64,000 bases of DNA from Candidatus Berkelbacteria bacterium (GTDB lineage: Bacteria; Patescibacteriota; UBA1384; 2-12-FULL-50-11). How positions within the stretch are numbered: position 1 is the stretch's first letter; each line of letters begins with the position of its first letter. A program made the position numbers and the translations under genes. Of this stretch, positions 1 through 12,203 are shown in pieces. Location: positions 586,561 to 650,560 of the forward strand of contig CP066697.1 of assembly GCA_016432625.1 (NCBI GenBank), in the 5' to 3' direction. The notes under the pieces were generated by a model. The model searched no databases. It was not told the origin of the DNA and saw only the letters and a list, made by a program, of their open reading frames with translations.

Positions 1-2
1 CC

Positions 3-1022
3 GACCTTAGTTATTATGTCCCCGGATTTAATGCCAGCTTTCTCAGCCGGGCCGCCAGAAGCAACCGCCGCAGCCCCCTGACTCCCGCTAATTAGTGCCC
101 CCTTCTCGACAGCGAGCCCTAACGATTTAGCGACCGCCTTAGTGATAGTCTGGAAACGAACGCCGATATAAGGCTGAATAATTTTGCTGTTTTTCTTATA
201 GCTCTCAAGGTCTTTTTTGAGCTCATTAACGGGTATCGCGAAACCAATACCTTCAGCGTCACCAGCAATTAATGAGTTAATACCGACAACTTGCCCGCCG
301 AGCGTTAGGAGCGGCCCACCGGAGTTTCCAGGATTGATTGCGGCGTCAGTCTGGAGCAGCCCGTAAAATGCGTCACTGCTACCGCTAGCGTTAGCGGAGC
401 GTTCCTTTGCGGAAACGACGCCGACGGTAACGCTGTTTTGCAGCTCTCCAAGTGCGTTCCCAATAGCAATCACCCACTGCCCAACTTGAACCTTGTCAGA
501 ATCTCCTAAGTCAGCCACCGGCAATCCGGTCTCCTCGATTTTAAGAAAAGCGATGTCATTCGACGGATCTTTCGCGACGACTTTGCCGTCATAGGTTTTA
601 TTGTTCGAAGTCGTCACGGTAAACTTCTCACCACTTGATACAACGTGCTTATTCGTCGCGATCAAGCCGTCAGAAGTAATGACGAAGCCCGTCCCGGAAG
701 TTTGTGGTGCTTCAATGGTTCCCAAACCAAAAACATCGCGCATTGCGCTACCGATGCTAGTGACGCTAACGACAGCCGGGTCGACTTTTTTACTCGCATC
801 AATGATCGCTGAGGACTCTTCGACAATGATTTTTTCCGAGCGAGTCGTGTTGATGTCGAAAACCTTCAGGTCGTTAAGCCCAAGAGCAGTCCTCCAGCGT
901 TCGCCAGTAGGTGTGACGGAAAGAAAGTAGAGCGTGCCAATAACGACCAAGAATGTGACAATAACAGTTGTAGCGACGACGAGACCAAAGAACGGTTTTT
1001 GTTTCGGATCTATTTTTATCAT
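3..1022 (-). CDS. htrA: HtrA/DegP-family serine protease with PDZ domain (3' end runs off the window)
   Basis: Not in the ORF track because it is truncated. Manual translation from ATG 1022 gives MIKIDPKQKPFFGLVVATT (TM helix) ... GTGFVITSDG, ATNKHV, LLQTDAAINPGNSGGPLL (catalytic Ser motif). Confidence 0.93.
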   Translation of the reverse strand, partial: MIKIDPKQKPFFGLVVATTVIVTFLVVIGTLYFLSVTPTGERWRTALGLNDLKVFDINTTRSEKIIVEESSAIIDASKKVDPAVVSVTSIGSAMRDVFGLGTIEAPQTSGTGFVITSDGLIATNKHVVSSGEKFTVTTSNNKTYDGKVVAKDPSNDIAFLKIEETGLPVADLGDSDKVQVGQWVIAIGNALGELQNSVTVGVVSAKERSANASGSSDAFYGLLQTDAAINPGNSGGPLLTLGGQVVGINSLIAGDAEGIGFAIPVNELKKDLESYKKNSKIIQPYIGVRFQTITKAVAKSLGLAVEKGALISGSQGAAAVASGGPAEKAGIKSGDIITKV

Positions 1023-1024
1023 TT

Positions 1025-1285
1025 CTACTTTTTCTTAGCAGAACCATTATCAGTGCGCTCGTGCACGGCCCGCAAGACAGACTCTAGTGCCGTAGCAATC
1101 GTTCCCATGTTAACAATTGCCGGCACAATGTCACTGACAAAACTGCGAAAGGTTTTAGAGAGGTTTTCGATCCTGCCCAACATACGGTTTGCACGATGCA
1201 AGAGAACGATCAGATAACCGAGCGCGACCACAAAACCAGCAAGGACTAAGATGGCCATGTAGTTTATGAAATCAAGCGTTGTCAA
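1025..1285 (-). CDS. Small membrane protein (N-terminal TM plus coiled coil, DUF948-like)
   Basis: 86-aa ORF with hydrophobic N-terminus, GGAGG upstream, packed tightly between mscS and htrA. Confidence 0.6.
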   Translation of the reverse strand: MTTLDFINYMAILVLAGFVVALGYLIVLLHRANRMLGRIENLSKTFRSFVSDIVPAIVNMGTIATALESVLRAVHERTDNGSAKKK

Positions 1286-1294
1286 AATTCCCTC

Positions 1295-1816
1295 CTATCT
1301 CTTTTTTACTACGATCCACGATGCTTTGTCGAATGTTGAATTCGGTAGGACGTGTAATTTACCGCTCTTATCGCGCAGACGGACCTTGCGGGCGTCCATT
1401 TTTTCGACGACGCCGTCAATGTCATTTAAGCGCAGCTCGTCACCAACGTTGAAGTCCGGGTCCTGGGCTAAGAAAATACCCGAGATGAGGTCCTGAACGA
1501 GTGAAGAGGCGCCGGCAGTGATGGCCAGGCCGGCAACAGCTACGAAGCCTGATAAAGCAAAGGCTAGCTGGGTCAAACCCATCTGTTGCAGCAGCGCAGC
1601 TACCAGCAAAAGCCAAAGTGCAACGTTAATAACCGACATCAGGATGTCTTTTAACGCCTGTTTGGCACGTGAGACACGGATGAGACTGCTGATGATAAAC
1701 GCAACAATTTTCAGGAAGACGTAGCCAACAACAAACGTCAAAAGTAACTGCGGCAATCTATCAAGCGCCTTATCGCTGAGCGCGGCTATCTGGTCCCAGA
1801 ATGTTCCCAATCCCAT
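1295..1816 (-). CDS. mscS: Small-conductance mechanosensitive channel (MscS family, short form)
   Basis: Three TM helices, then QDLISGIFL..DPDFNVGDEL...GVVEKM...VLPNS. Confidence 0.85.
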   Translation of the reverse strand: MGLGTFWDQIAALSDKALDRLPQLLLTFVVGYVFLKIVAFIISSLIRVSRAKQALKDILMSVINVALWLLLVAALLQQMGLTQLAFALSGFVAVAGLAITAGASSLVQDLISGIFLAQDPDFNVGDELRLNDIDGVVEKMDARKVRLRDKSGKLHVLPNSTFDKASWIVVKKR

Positions 1817-1834
1817 GAATCAACTTTAGCACAA

Positions 1835-3223
1835 CTACCCAAGCAAGCGTCTTATAGTGTCTTGAGCAACCGTAACGTTGATCTGCCCTTTGGTTCTAGT
1901 CATAACTTGGCCGACTAGAAAGTTTAAGGCCACGACTTTTCCTGCCTTGTAATCGGCGAGCGCCTTGGGGTTAGCTTTTATCACTTCTTGTGCGACTGCC
2001 TCGGGGTCAATATCGCCCGACGTCCCTTTGCGCGCGGCGACAAGTTTTTCAGCCGTCTCGCCATCAAGGACCTGAGCAACTAAACTCTCAAACATCGACT
2101 TGCTCCAGCCTTGATCATTCTTGGCCTCGAGTAACAGCAGTCGGTCACTAGCATTAAGCTCGGAAAATTTGGGCAATCCGGCCCGCATCTTGCCATCTTC
2201 GAGGGTGTAAAACTTAACCTTGTCATCATCTTTGAATTTCTTAGATGAAGCCGCATAGGTTTCCATAATTGAATCGAACTCCTGCCTGTCAACAATAATC
2301 TTGGCGATCGCTTCGCTCATGCCGAGCTTCGCTAATCTAGTGCGTTGCTCATCCGGCAAAACGAGCGAGCCCGTGGCCTTGCCGAGCGAGATAGAGACCA
2401 TTGGCAGGTCTGGCTCCGGGAAATAGCGGTAATCAGCGCTAGTTTCCTTGCCACGCATGACGGCGGTTTCCCCCTTTTTCTCATCCCAAAGCCGCGTTTC
2501 TTGAGCGACGGTTTTACCTTCGTCTAATAGTTTAGTCTGGCGAGCAAACTCGTAGTTAATCGCCCGTTCAACCGAACGGAAGGAGTTAAGGTTCTTCACC
2601 TCAACTTTAGTACCAAGCTCGGCACCGGCAGCAGCGATAGAGATATTGGCCTCGCAACGCATCTGACCTTTTTCCATATCGGCGCGGCTGATCTTGAGGT
2701 GCCTAACCAAGCGCTGAAGTTCCTGGCAAAAATGTTTAGCCGCCTCGGCGGTATGAAAATCGGGTTCGGTCACCATTTCAAGTAGCGGTACGCCAGCACG
2801 ATTGTAGTCGACGAGCGAACGTTTACCTTGCGTGTCATGCGTCAATTTACCGGCATCCTCTTCAAGATGGATTCTAGTTATGCGGTGCGTCTGTCCTTCG
2901 ATAACTATACTGGCGCGCTCTACTAGCGGAGCGGTTGATTGAGATATCTGGTAGCCCTTCGGCAAATCCGGATAAAAGTAGTTTTTCCGCGCCCAGAAAG
3001 TCTTCGGGGCGATCTTTCCGTTTAAAGCCTGTCCCAAGCCAACGGTCATCTCGATAGCTTTTTTATTGAGTAGCGGTAGCGCCCCCGGCAAGCCGTAGCA
3101 GACCGGGCAGACGTGAGTATTTGGCTCGGCGTTAAAAGGATCGTTCTTGCAGCCACAGAACATTTTGGTCGTCGTCTCCAGCTCCACATGAACCTCAAGA
3201 CCAACCGTCAGTTCTCGCGTCAT
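1835..3223 (-). CDS. gatB: Asp/Glu-tRNA amidotransferase subunit B
   Basis: GLEVHVEL, KMFCGC, RKNYFYPDLPKGYQISQ, HLEEDAGK, DYRYFPEPDLP. Start moved to ATG 3223, which overlaps the upstream stop. Confidence 0.97.
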   Translation of the reverse strand: MTRELTVGLEVHVELETTTKMFCGCKNDPFNAEPNTHVCPVCYGLPGALPLLNKKAIEMTVGLGQALNGKIAPKTFWARKNYFYPDLPKGYQISQSTAPLVERASIVIEGQTHRITRIHLEEDAGKLTHDTQGKRSLVDYNRAGVPLLEMVTEPDFHTAEAAKHFCQELQRLVRHLKISRADMEKGQMRCEANISIAAAGAELGTKVEVKNLNSFRSVERAINYEFARQTKLLDEGKTVAQETRLWDEKKGETAVMRGKETSADYRYFPEPDLPMVSISLGKATGSLVLPDEQRTRLAKLGMSEAIAKIIVDRQEFDSIMETYAASSKKFKDDDKVKFYTLEDGKMRAGLPKFSELNASDRLLLLEAKNDQGWSKSMFESLVAQVLDGETAEKLVAARKGTSGDIDPEAVAQEVIKANPKALADYKAGKVVALNFLVGQVMTRTKGQINVTVAQDTIRRLLG

Positions 3224-3603
3224 CTGGCGCTCTCTCCACGCAAAAATGAGACCGATTCGCTGTAGGTACGGAGGAAAGTGCTCTTCTCCCACTCGGCGAC
3301 AAAACTGCCAGATTCGTGTACCAATTCGTTACGTTTCAGATGAGCTTTCCACAGCTGGCTATAGAGCTGTTTCGGGAAGCGATTGCGCAGGGCTTTGAGT
3401 CGGTCGGCGAACGTATCGGCCTTAACAAACTCCCTCATTAAAGAGTCGATTAACTTATCGTAATCAATTATCGCCTGCTTGAAAGCTAGTTGGTTGTTCT
3501 GGGCGGCTAGCGCATCAATCTGGCGCATCCGTGATTCAATTTCCAACCAGTCGATAACCGGCCGCTTAGGTTTAGAGCCAAAAAGTGTCTGCCAAAAGCC
3601 CAT
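3220..3603 (-). CDS. Hypothetical protein with RxxxxH (RNELVH) HEPN-like motif
   Basis: 127-aa ORF coupled to gatB; helical; LWKAHLKRNELVHE. Confidence 0.65.
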   Translation of the reverse strand: MGFWQTLFGSKPKRPVIDWLEIESRMRQIDALAAQNNQLAFKQAIIDYDKLIDSLMREFVKADTFADRLKALRNRFPKQLYSQLWKAHLKRNELVHESGSFVAEWEKSTFLRTYSESVSFLRGESAR

Positions 3604-3605
3604 TT

Positions 3606-3827
3606 TTAGCCGCGCCCCACAATGTTAGAGACGATGCTGCCGATATGCTCTTCCACGAATACTCCAAGCCAAAGAAGGAAGATGGTTACAGCTACCGTTG
3701 CTGTTATTCGGCGTAAATAAGAGTAGAAACTGCGCATCTGCTCGCGTTTTCGTTCGGCAATAAGAGTCCGCTCCAAGGCCTCGGTCTCGATTTTGGCTAG
3801 TTTCTTCTCTCTGGCCCTTCGTCCCAT
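3606..3827 (-). CDS. Small hypothetical protein with C-terminal TM helix
   Basis: 73-aa ORF filling the gap inside the gat operon; basic N-terminus, one TM. Confidence 0.6.
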   Translation of the reverse strand: MGRRAREKKLAKIETEALERTLIAERKREQMRSFYSYLRRITATVAVTIFLLWLGVFVEEHIGSIVSNIVGRG

Positions 3828-3830
3828 TGT

Positions 3831-5183
3831 TTAAGAATACTTCCTTGGCGCCTTAGTGTGATAGTCGGTCTCGGCTTGAAAAGTCTTCGCTAGGGAAATT
3901 AGCTTGTTGTCTTCAAAGTGCGGCGCGACAATTTGTGCCCCGATTGGCATGCCAGAAGCGCTGAAACCACACGGCAGAGCAATCGCTGGGATGCCGGCTA
4001 AATTTACTCCGACCGTCAACAAATCGGATTGATACATGGCGATCGGATCCTTAACGCGACTGCCGATATCAAATGGCAGTGTCGGCGTCGTGGGTGAAAT
4101 CAGCACATCAACTGATTTGAAAACTCGCTCATAATCTTGCCGGATCATATCCTTGACCCGAACGGCCGTTTGGTAATAGGCGTCGTAATGACCGACCGAG
4201 AGAACGTAAGTCCCAAGCAATATCCGCCGTTTCACTTCTTGCCCGAAGTGCGCCCGGGTATCGCGATAAATGTCTTTTAACTCGTCGCGCCGTTCGCTCT
4301 TCTGGAAACGAATACCGTCATAGCGTGCTAAGTTCGCAGACACCTCTGCAGGCGTAATTACGTAATATGCTGGCAAACCGTAAGGCAGATACGGCAGTGA
4401 AACTTTGCTCACAATTGCGCCCCGAGATTCAAAAAAACCGACAAATTCCTTTACGGCGCGGGCAATCTCCTGATCAATATCTAGCTCCCAGAGCTCCTTG
4501 GGCAAGCCGACGCGTAAGCCTTTCAGATTGACATCCTCAGGTTTGTAGGTGTAATCGGTCGTTGTCTGGTCGAACTTATCCTGACCGCTGATAGCCGCGA
4601 AGACTCGCTCGACAGTGTTAGCGTCGCGGGCAAGTGGCCCGATTACATCAATTGAGCTTGTTAAGGCGATGAGTCCGTAGCGCGAGACGGAACCGTAAGT
4701 AGGTTTAAGGCCAGTCACGCCGCAGAACGCTGCCGGTTGTCGAATCGAACCAGCCGTGTCGGAACCAAGGGCAGCGTCGCAAAGCCCGGCAGCAACTGCT
4801 ACGGCCGACCCCCCAGAAGAACCACCTGGCACCTTACTGGTATCCCAGGGATTTTTCGTTACACCGTAAGCCGAATTCTCCGTCGAGGAGCCCATGGCGA
4901 ATTCGTCAAGATTCGTTTTACCCAATAGTGCCGCTCCTTTGGCTCTAAGCCGTCGGACAACCGTTGCGTCATATGGGGAAACGTACCCCTCCAAGATTTT
5001 CGAGGCAGCAGTTGTTGGCCAGTCTTTGACGACGATGTTGTCCTTTATGGCCAGAGCCATATCAGCTAACTCACCTTCTACTACCGCTGTAGTGCGGTCG
5101 TTTTCGGCCTGAAAAAGAAAAGCGTTCAGCTCTTGGTTAGTTGTTTTAATGCGCTCCGAGTAACTGGCAGCTTTATTCATCAA
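3831..5183 (-). CDS. gatA: Glu-tRNA(Gln) amidotransferase subunit A
   Basis: Amidase signature GKTNLDEFAMGSS, PGGSSGGSA, GSDTAGSIRQPA; SANLARYDG; EVKRRILLG. Confidence 0.97.
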   Translation of the reverse strand: MMNKAASYSERIKTTNQELNAFLFQAENDRTTAVVEGELADMALAIKDNIVVKDWPTTAASKILEGYVSPYDATVVRRLRAKGAALLGKTNLDEFAMGSSTENSAYGVTKNPWDTSKVPGGSSGGSAVAVAAGLCDAALGSDTAGSIRQPAAFCGVTGLKPTYGSVSRYGLIALTSSIDVIGPLARDANTVERVFAAISGQDKFDQTTTDYTYKPEDVNLKGLRVGLPKELWELDIDQEIARAVKEFVGFFESRGAIVSKVSLPYLPYGLPAYYVITPAEVSANLARYDGIRFQKSERRDELKDIYRDTRAHFGQEVKRRILLGTYVLSVGHYDAYYQTAVRVKDMIRQDYERVFKSVDVLISPTTPTLPFDIGSRVKDPIAMYQSDLLTVGVNLAGIPAIALPCGFSASGMPIGAQIVAPHFEDNKLISLAKTFQAETDYHTKAPRKYS

Positions 5184-5475
5184 CTGAGCTACCTAGGACC
5201 GGTGGGACGATGATTTGGTTACGGTCAAACTCTGGCGCTAGACGCTTAATTTGTTCTAATGAAAGCTCATCACTGGACGGCGTGTCTTGGCGCAGCTTCT
5301 CCAGGGGCAGTGACAAGCCACTTGAAACGTCCTCGACGTTTGCTTGGCTTAGTTGGTCGACAAAATCGACAATTTTTGGCAGTTGAGCGGCAAATTCCTT
5401 GGCCTCTTGCTCGTTCAAGTAGACTCGGGCCAAAGACGAAAGATGGTCAATTTCCACGCGATTTAGTTCGCTCAT
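5173..5475 (-). CDS. gatC: Asp/Glu-tRNA amidotransferase subunit C
   Basis: IDHLSSLARV...IVDFVDQL...LRQD...AP...IIVPPVL, directly upstream of gatA. Start at ATG 5475 follows an extended -10 (TGgTACACT). Confidence 0.88.
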   Translation of the reverse strand: MSELNRVEIDHLSSLARVYLNEQEAKEFAAQLPKIVDFVDQLSQANVEDVSSGLSLPLEKLRQDTPSSDELSLEQIKRLAPEFDRNQIIVPPVLGSSVDE

Positions 5476-5503
5476 ATCTGGAGTGAGTGTACCAGGGGAG
5501 AAC

Positions 5504-8376
<2,873 letters not shown>

Positions 8377-8421
8377 CGTGGCTCTAATATATCAGTTAAC
8401 TAGCCGCCTGCCAGGTGTGAC

Positions 8422-10146
8422 TTACCAGGAACCACCGCCTCCGCCTCCGCCGCCACCACCAGAGAAACCGCCGCCTGAGCCACCAGGAGTGCTGCCGAGT
8501 GTCTGCCCGATTTGTGATGAAAGCGAGGAGATAGAGTCGTTGAATGAATCGAAACTAGCAGCGTGGGCAGAACCAACGTACCAACCGAGCATTGGGGCGG
8601 TTGTAGTTTGATCAGCGTAGATTTTTTTAAACGCCGCTAGCCACTTGTCAGTTAGGGCAAAGGCGATGGCGTAAGGCAGGTACTTCTCGAAGATGTTTTC
8701 TTTTTCGTAGAACTCCATGCGATACTTTTCAGCTTTTGACAGATACAATTTGAACCCCTTCAGCTCGTGGAGCAAGATCGCTCCCCGGTCGGTTCGGCGA
8801 GGCATAATGACGCCAAAGACGAGCGTGATAACACCGCTTAGGCCGACAGCGATCATGAATCCGGGCGAAAACGTGGCAATACTCCAGAAGGCAATAAAGA
8901 TTAAAACTATGCCGACCGTGATTAACGCTCCTCGCCAAATAAGACTCGCTGGGTCCAAAAGCTGGGCTCCCTCCAACACTTTATTGCCTTGATCTTTAAG
9001 CTCGCCGAGGTGGGTGTGAAAAGTATTTTTGTTATCGCTGAGCTTCGTTGTGCTGCCTTCAGCCATGGCGCCGAACAGTTTCTCTAGCAAGAATTTCTGG
9101 TAGGATTTCAGACCGCTCGTATCAGCCTTCAACAACACCAACTGATAGTCTTTCTTGCCAAAGAGGCCTTTTTTAGCAATTTCTTCGATTCTTAAGTGGC
9201 CTCTGACGGCCAGATCGATCATCGTCGCCGTGACGTAATCCGGCTTAATTTCACCGTAACTCTCGAGTAGGCCTAGTTCTAGGGGCGATAACTTTGCCGG
9301 TGGGCCGTACTGGACTAGCTCGGGACGCTTCAAATTCGGGTCATCACCCTTACGACGCCATAGGCTAAAGAGCACGAATGTCACTGCGAGTGGCAAAATA
9401 AACCATAGCCAAGTGCCATATTGCTCAAGAAATGTTGGCGAATAAGTGTTTATTGTCCCTGACGGGAACTTAGCTACTAACGTGACGCCGTTCTCCGGCA
9501 GCAGGGCGTCGGTTGTAAAGATGTGCAGCACGTCCTTACCCTGACTATTCGTGTCCCAACTTGCCTGGCTGATTTTTGCTTCTGTCGAGCCTCGCAAACC
9601 GTCATAGATAGTGTACTCAACCTTATCTTTATCGATCGGCAGCTCAACGAGGGCCGAAAAACTATCGATCGGCAGCTGCCAGAAATTACCTGAGAGGTTC
9701 CAGTTGAATACTTGTCTGGATTCGTCAGCATAGACTGCGTTATCGACGCGATAAGTAAGCCGATACTGTTGGACCCCCATTATGGTCTTGTCTGGGTCAC
9801 CGATCTTCCAGGTGATGGTGCTATCAATCCGGCTTGCAGATTCCTCGTACGTAAGAGGCTGATCTTCAAAATTCGTGATCGAGCCGAGCGTCACAGGAGT
9901 CTCGGCGTAAATACCTTCCGGATACGGCGCCCGTGTGGGCAGAATGCGAAAGATGCCGTGCTTTCCAGGCAGTGAGCCGCAATCGACCGTCAAATCTTCT
10001 TGAACTCTCAGGCTAGCGTCGGTGTTGATAGTGATAGCGCTGTCAAATTTCTGAACGACACAGTCGGTGGACGGTTCAGTTGCTCCTGAGCCTAGCGGCA
10101 AAAGTAAGGTGCCAATCAGCGCAACCAACGCCACAAAAAACTTCAT
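8422..10146 (-). CDS. DUF2207 family membrane protein
   Basis: Signal peptide, HGIFR, YLPYAIAF, Gly-rich C-terminus GGGFSGGGGGGGGGGSW; sits next to lemA. Confidence 0.9.
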   Translation of the reverse strand: MKFFVALVALIGTLLLPLGSGATEPSTDCVVQKFDSAITINTDASLRVQEDLTVDCGSLPGKHGIFRILPTRAPYPEGIYAETPVTLGSITNFEDQPLTYEESASRIDSTITWKIGDPDKTIMGVQQYRLTYRVDNAVYADESRQVFNWNLSGNFWQLPIDSFSALVELPIDKDKVEYTIYDGLRGSTEAKISQASWDTNSQGKDVLHIFTTDALLPENGVTLVAKFPSGTINTYSPTFLEQYGTWLWFILPLAVTFVLFSLWRRKGDDPNLKRPELVQYGPPAKLSPLELGLLESYGEIKPDYVTATMIDLAVRGHLRIEEIAKKGLFGKKDYQLVLLKADTSGLKSYQKFLLEKLFGAMAEGSTTKLSDNKNTFHTHLGELKDQGNKVLEGAQLLDPASLIWRGALITVGIVLIFIAFWSIATFSPGFMIAVGLSGVITLVFGVIMPRRTDRGAILLHELKGFKLYLSKAEKYRMEFYEKENIFEKYLPYAIAFALTDKWLAAFKKIYADQTTTAPMLGWYVGSAHAASFDSFNDSISSLSSQIGQTLGSTPGGSGGGFSGGGGGGGGGGSW

Positions 10147-10178
10147 AGCATAATACTAGCCTATATTGTCGACTCTGT

Positions 10179-10733
10179 TCAGAACTGGACTTTGACTGGT
10201 TCTTTTTCACCGGCGGCGGCTTCGAAAAACTCGCGCTTCTGGGCACCGACCATACCGGCGATCATGTTGGTCGGGAAAGTTTCAATCTTAGTGTTTAGGT
10301 CACGGACGTTAGCGTTATAGAAACGGCGTGATGCCTGAATTTTATCCTCAGTGTCCGTAAGTTCAGTCTGAAGAGATAGAAAGTTCTGCGAAGACTTTAG
10401 GTCGGGGTAGGCTTCTGAAACCGCAAAGAGACTTTTCAGGGTTTCGCTAAGCATATTTTCAGCCTGGGCCTTGTCGTGTGGCGACTTAGCGCTCATGGCA
10501 GTAGTTCGCGCTTCGGTTACCTGTGTCAAAACATCTTTTTCTTGTTTGACGTAGCCCTTGACTGCCTCGATAAGGTTCGGGATCAGGTCGTAGCGACGTT
10601 TCAATTGAACGTCGATGTCACTCCAAGCCTCTTGGACTCTATTTTTCAGGGTAATCAGCGAGTTGTAGGTGGCGATAAACCAAATAACAACTAGCGCGGC
10701 GATGGCGATGATTATCCATAGGAGTGTACTCAT
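10179..10733 (-). CDS. lemA: LemA family protein
   Basis: YNSL...AWSDIDVQLKRRYDLIPNL, AYPDLKS, RRFYNANV, FPTN. Confidence 0.96.
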   Translation of the reverse strand: MSTLLWIIIAIAALVVIWFIATYNSLITLKNRVQEAWSDIDVQLKRRYDLIPNLIEAVKGYVKQEKDVLTQVTEARTTAMSAKSPHDKAQAENMLSETLKSLFAVSEAYPDLKSSQNFLSLQTELTDTEDKIQASRRFYNANVRDLNTKIETFPTNMIAGMVGAQKREFFEAAAGEKEPVKVQF

Positions 10734-10747
10734 GGCATCACTCTACT

Positions 10748-10984
10748 TCAACGTGTAGGGTCCTGCAAGGTCTGTACGGCCTGTTTATCTAGAAATGGTA
10801 GAGCGGCTTCTAGTCCCGTCCGCGACCCACGAAGTGACAGCAAGAGCATGACGAGCAGGCTAACAACAATTATTATTGCGACGACAAGACCAATTAATAA
10901 CGGGGTACGTAAGGCCCCGAACGGGCCAGTCCGGATTTTAATTACCTCTTCCGCTTCTTGGGCGGTAATTAATGCCTCACTCAA
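10748..10984 (-). CDS. Small single-TM hypothetical protein
   Basis: 78 aa with one strong TM helix; purine-rich sequence upstream of a TTG start. Confidence 0.55.
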   Translation of the reverse strand: MSEALITAQEAEEVIKIRTGPFGALRTPLLIGLVVAIIIVVSLLVMLLLSLRGSRTGLEAALPFLDKQAVQTLQDPTR

Positions 10985-11051
10985 AGTAGTTCCCTTCCCT
11001 GCTAAACATCACCCTCCCATTATGCCGAAAGTTAGTACTTGTCGTAAGACG

Positions 11052-12203
11052 TCAGCGAGCAAGCTCAAGCGCCTTGTCGAGAGCCGGATCTGATGTCGCC
11101 GTAACTTCACCTTCAACCAAGACGTCTGGCTTGATGCCCTCTTTATTGACGGATCGACCCTTCGGCGTCAGCCATTCCGCGACAGTGAGACGTAGGGAGT
11201 TTCCTTTGCCAAGCGGGATAATATCTTGGACTGAGCCTTTGCCGAAGGTTTTCTGACCAATTATTTGCGCTCGGCCGTAGTCTTGCAGGGCACCGGCCAG
11301 GATCTCAGCTGCTGAAGCTGAGCCCTCGTTAACTAAGACCAAAAGTTTAGTGTTAGGGAAGGTTGGCACTTGTGTCGAGCGAACATCCTCGGACTTTTTG
11401 AATTTAAATTTTTGAGTCGTGATTACTGAAGGCGGCAAGAACGCTCCAGCAATTGGTGCGACGTCGTCAAGATAACCGCCCGGGTTATTACGCAAGTCCA
11501 TAATGAAGGCCGTTGGATTCTTGGCGTTCAGCTCCGCGAAGCCCTTTTGTGCTAGTTCGATAGTGTCGTCGCCAAATTGGGCTATCTCCATATACGCAAC
11601 CGTGCCCATCATTTTCCAGGTAACGCTGGGGATACTTATCGCTTCGCGGTTCACCTTCAACTCCAGTGGAACATCTTTGCCCTGGCGAAAAATGGAAAGC
11701 GTTACCTCGGTGCCAGCTTTACCACGAATCTTACTAACTGCTTGATCAAGCGTCATCTTCTCCGTTGATTCGCCGTCAATCGTCAAGATGATGTCATTCG
11801 GCTTCATGCCAGCTTTCTCGGCTGGCGATCCGGAGAGCGGAGCGACGACTGTAATCGCGTCGTTTTTCGTTTCTAATCTAGCTCCTATACCTTCAAACTC
11901 ACCGCTTAGTTCTTCTGATAAAGTATTCCTTTCCTCCGAGCTTAAGAAGCTACTGAAGGGATCGCCGAGGCTGTCGATAAACCCACGAGTCACTCCGTCA
12001 ACCGCTTTTTTCTTATCAATCTGACCGACAAACTCCTTATCAACTACCGAGTAAACCTGCCAGAATTCGCTGAGGTTAAGCTGTTGGCGGTTTAGTTCAT
12101 AAGCGCCACCTGCCAAAAAGCCAGCAAAGAACACCAGCGCAACACCGAATAATAAGAAAACCTTAGAGAGTACCCGACGCGGCGGGACGATCGTCTTCCC
12201 CAT
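11052..12203 (-). CDS. ctpA: Carboxy-terminal processing protease (S41, CtpA/Prc)
   Basis: GEFEGIG, PDZ, DLRNNPGG, SASAAEILAGALQD, TFGKGSVQ. Confidence 0.95.
   Translation of the reverse strand: MGKTIVPPRRVLSKVFLLFGVALVFFAGFLAGGAYELNRQQLNLSEFWQVYSVVDKEFVGQIDKKKAVDGVTRGFIDSLGDPFSSFLSSEERNTLSEELSGEFEGIGARLETKNDAITVVAPLSGSPAEKAGMKPNDIILTIDGESTEKMTLDQAVSKIRGKAGTEVTLSIFRQGKDVPLELKVNREAISIPSVTWKMMGTVAYMEIAQFGDDTIELAQKGFAELNAKNPTAFIMDLRNNPGGYLDDVAPIAGAFLPPSVITTQKFKFKKSEDVRSTQVPTFPNTKLLVLVNEGSASAAEILAGALQDYGRAQIIGQKTFGKGSVQDIIPLGKGNSLRLTVAEWLTPKGRSVNKEGIKPDVLVEGEVTATSDPALDKALELAR

Noticed and set aside
8432-8480. ccg/cca triplet-like repeat and poly-Pro ORF 8354-8611
   Set aside because: It is the reverse complement of the normal Gly-rich tail of the DUF2207 protein.
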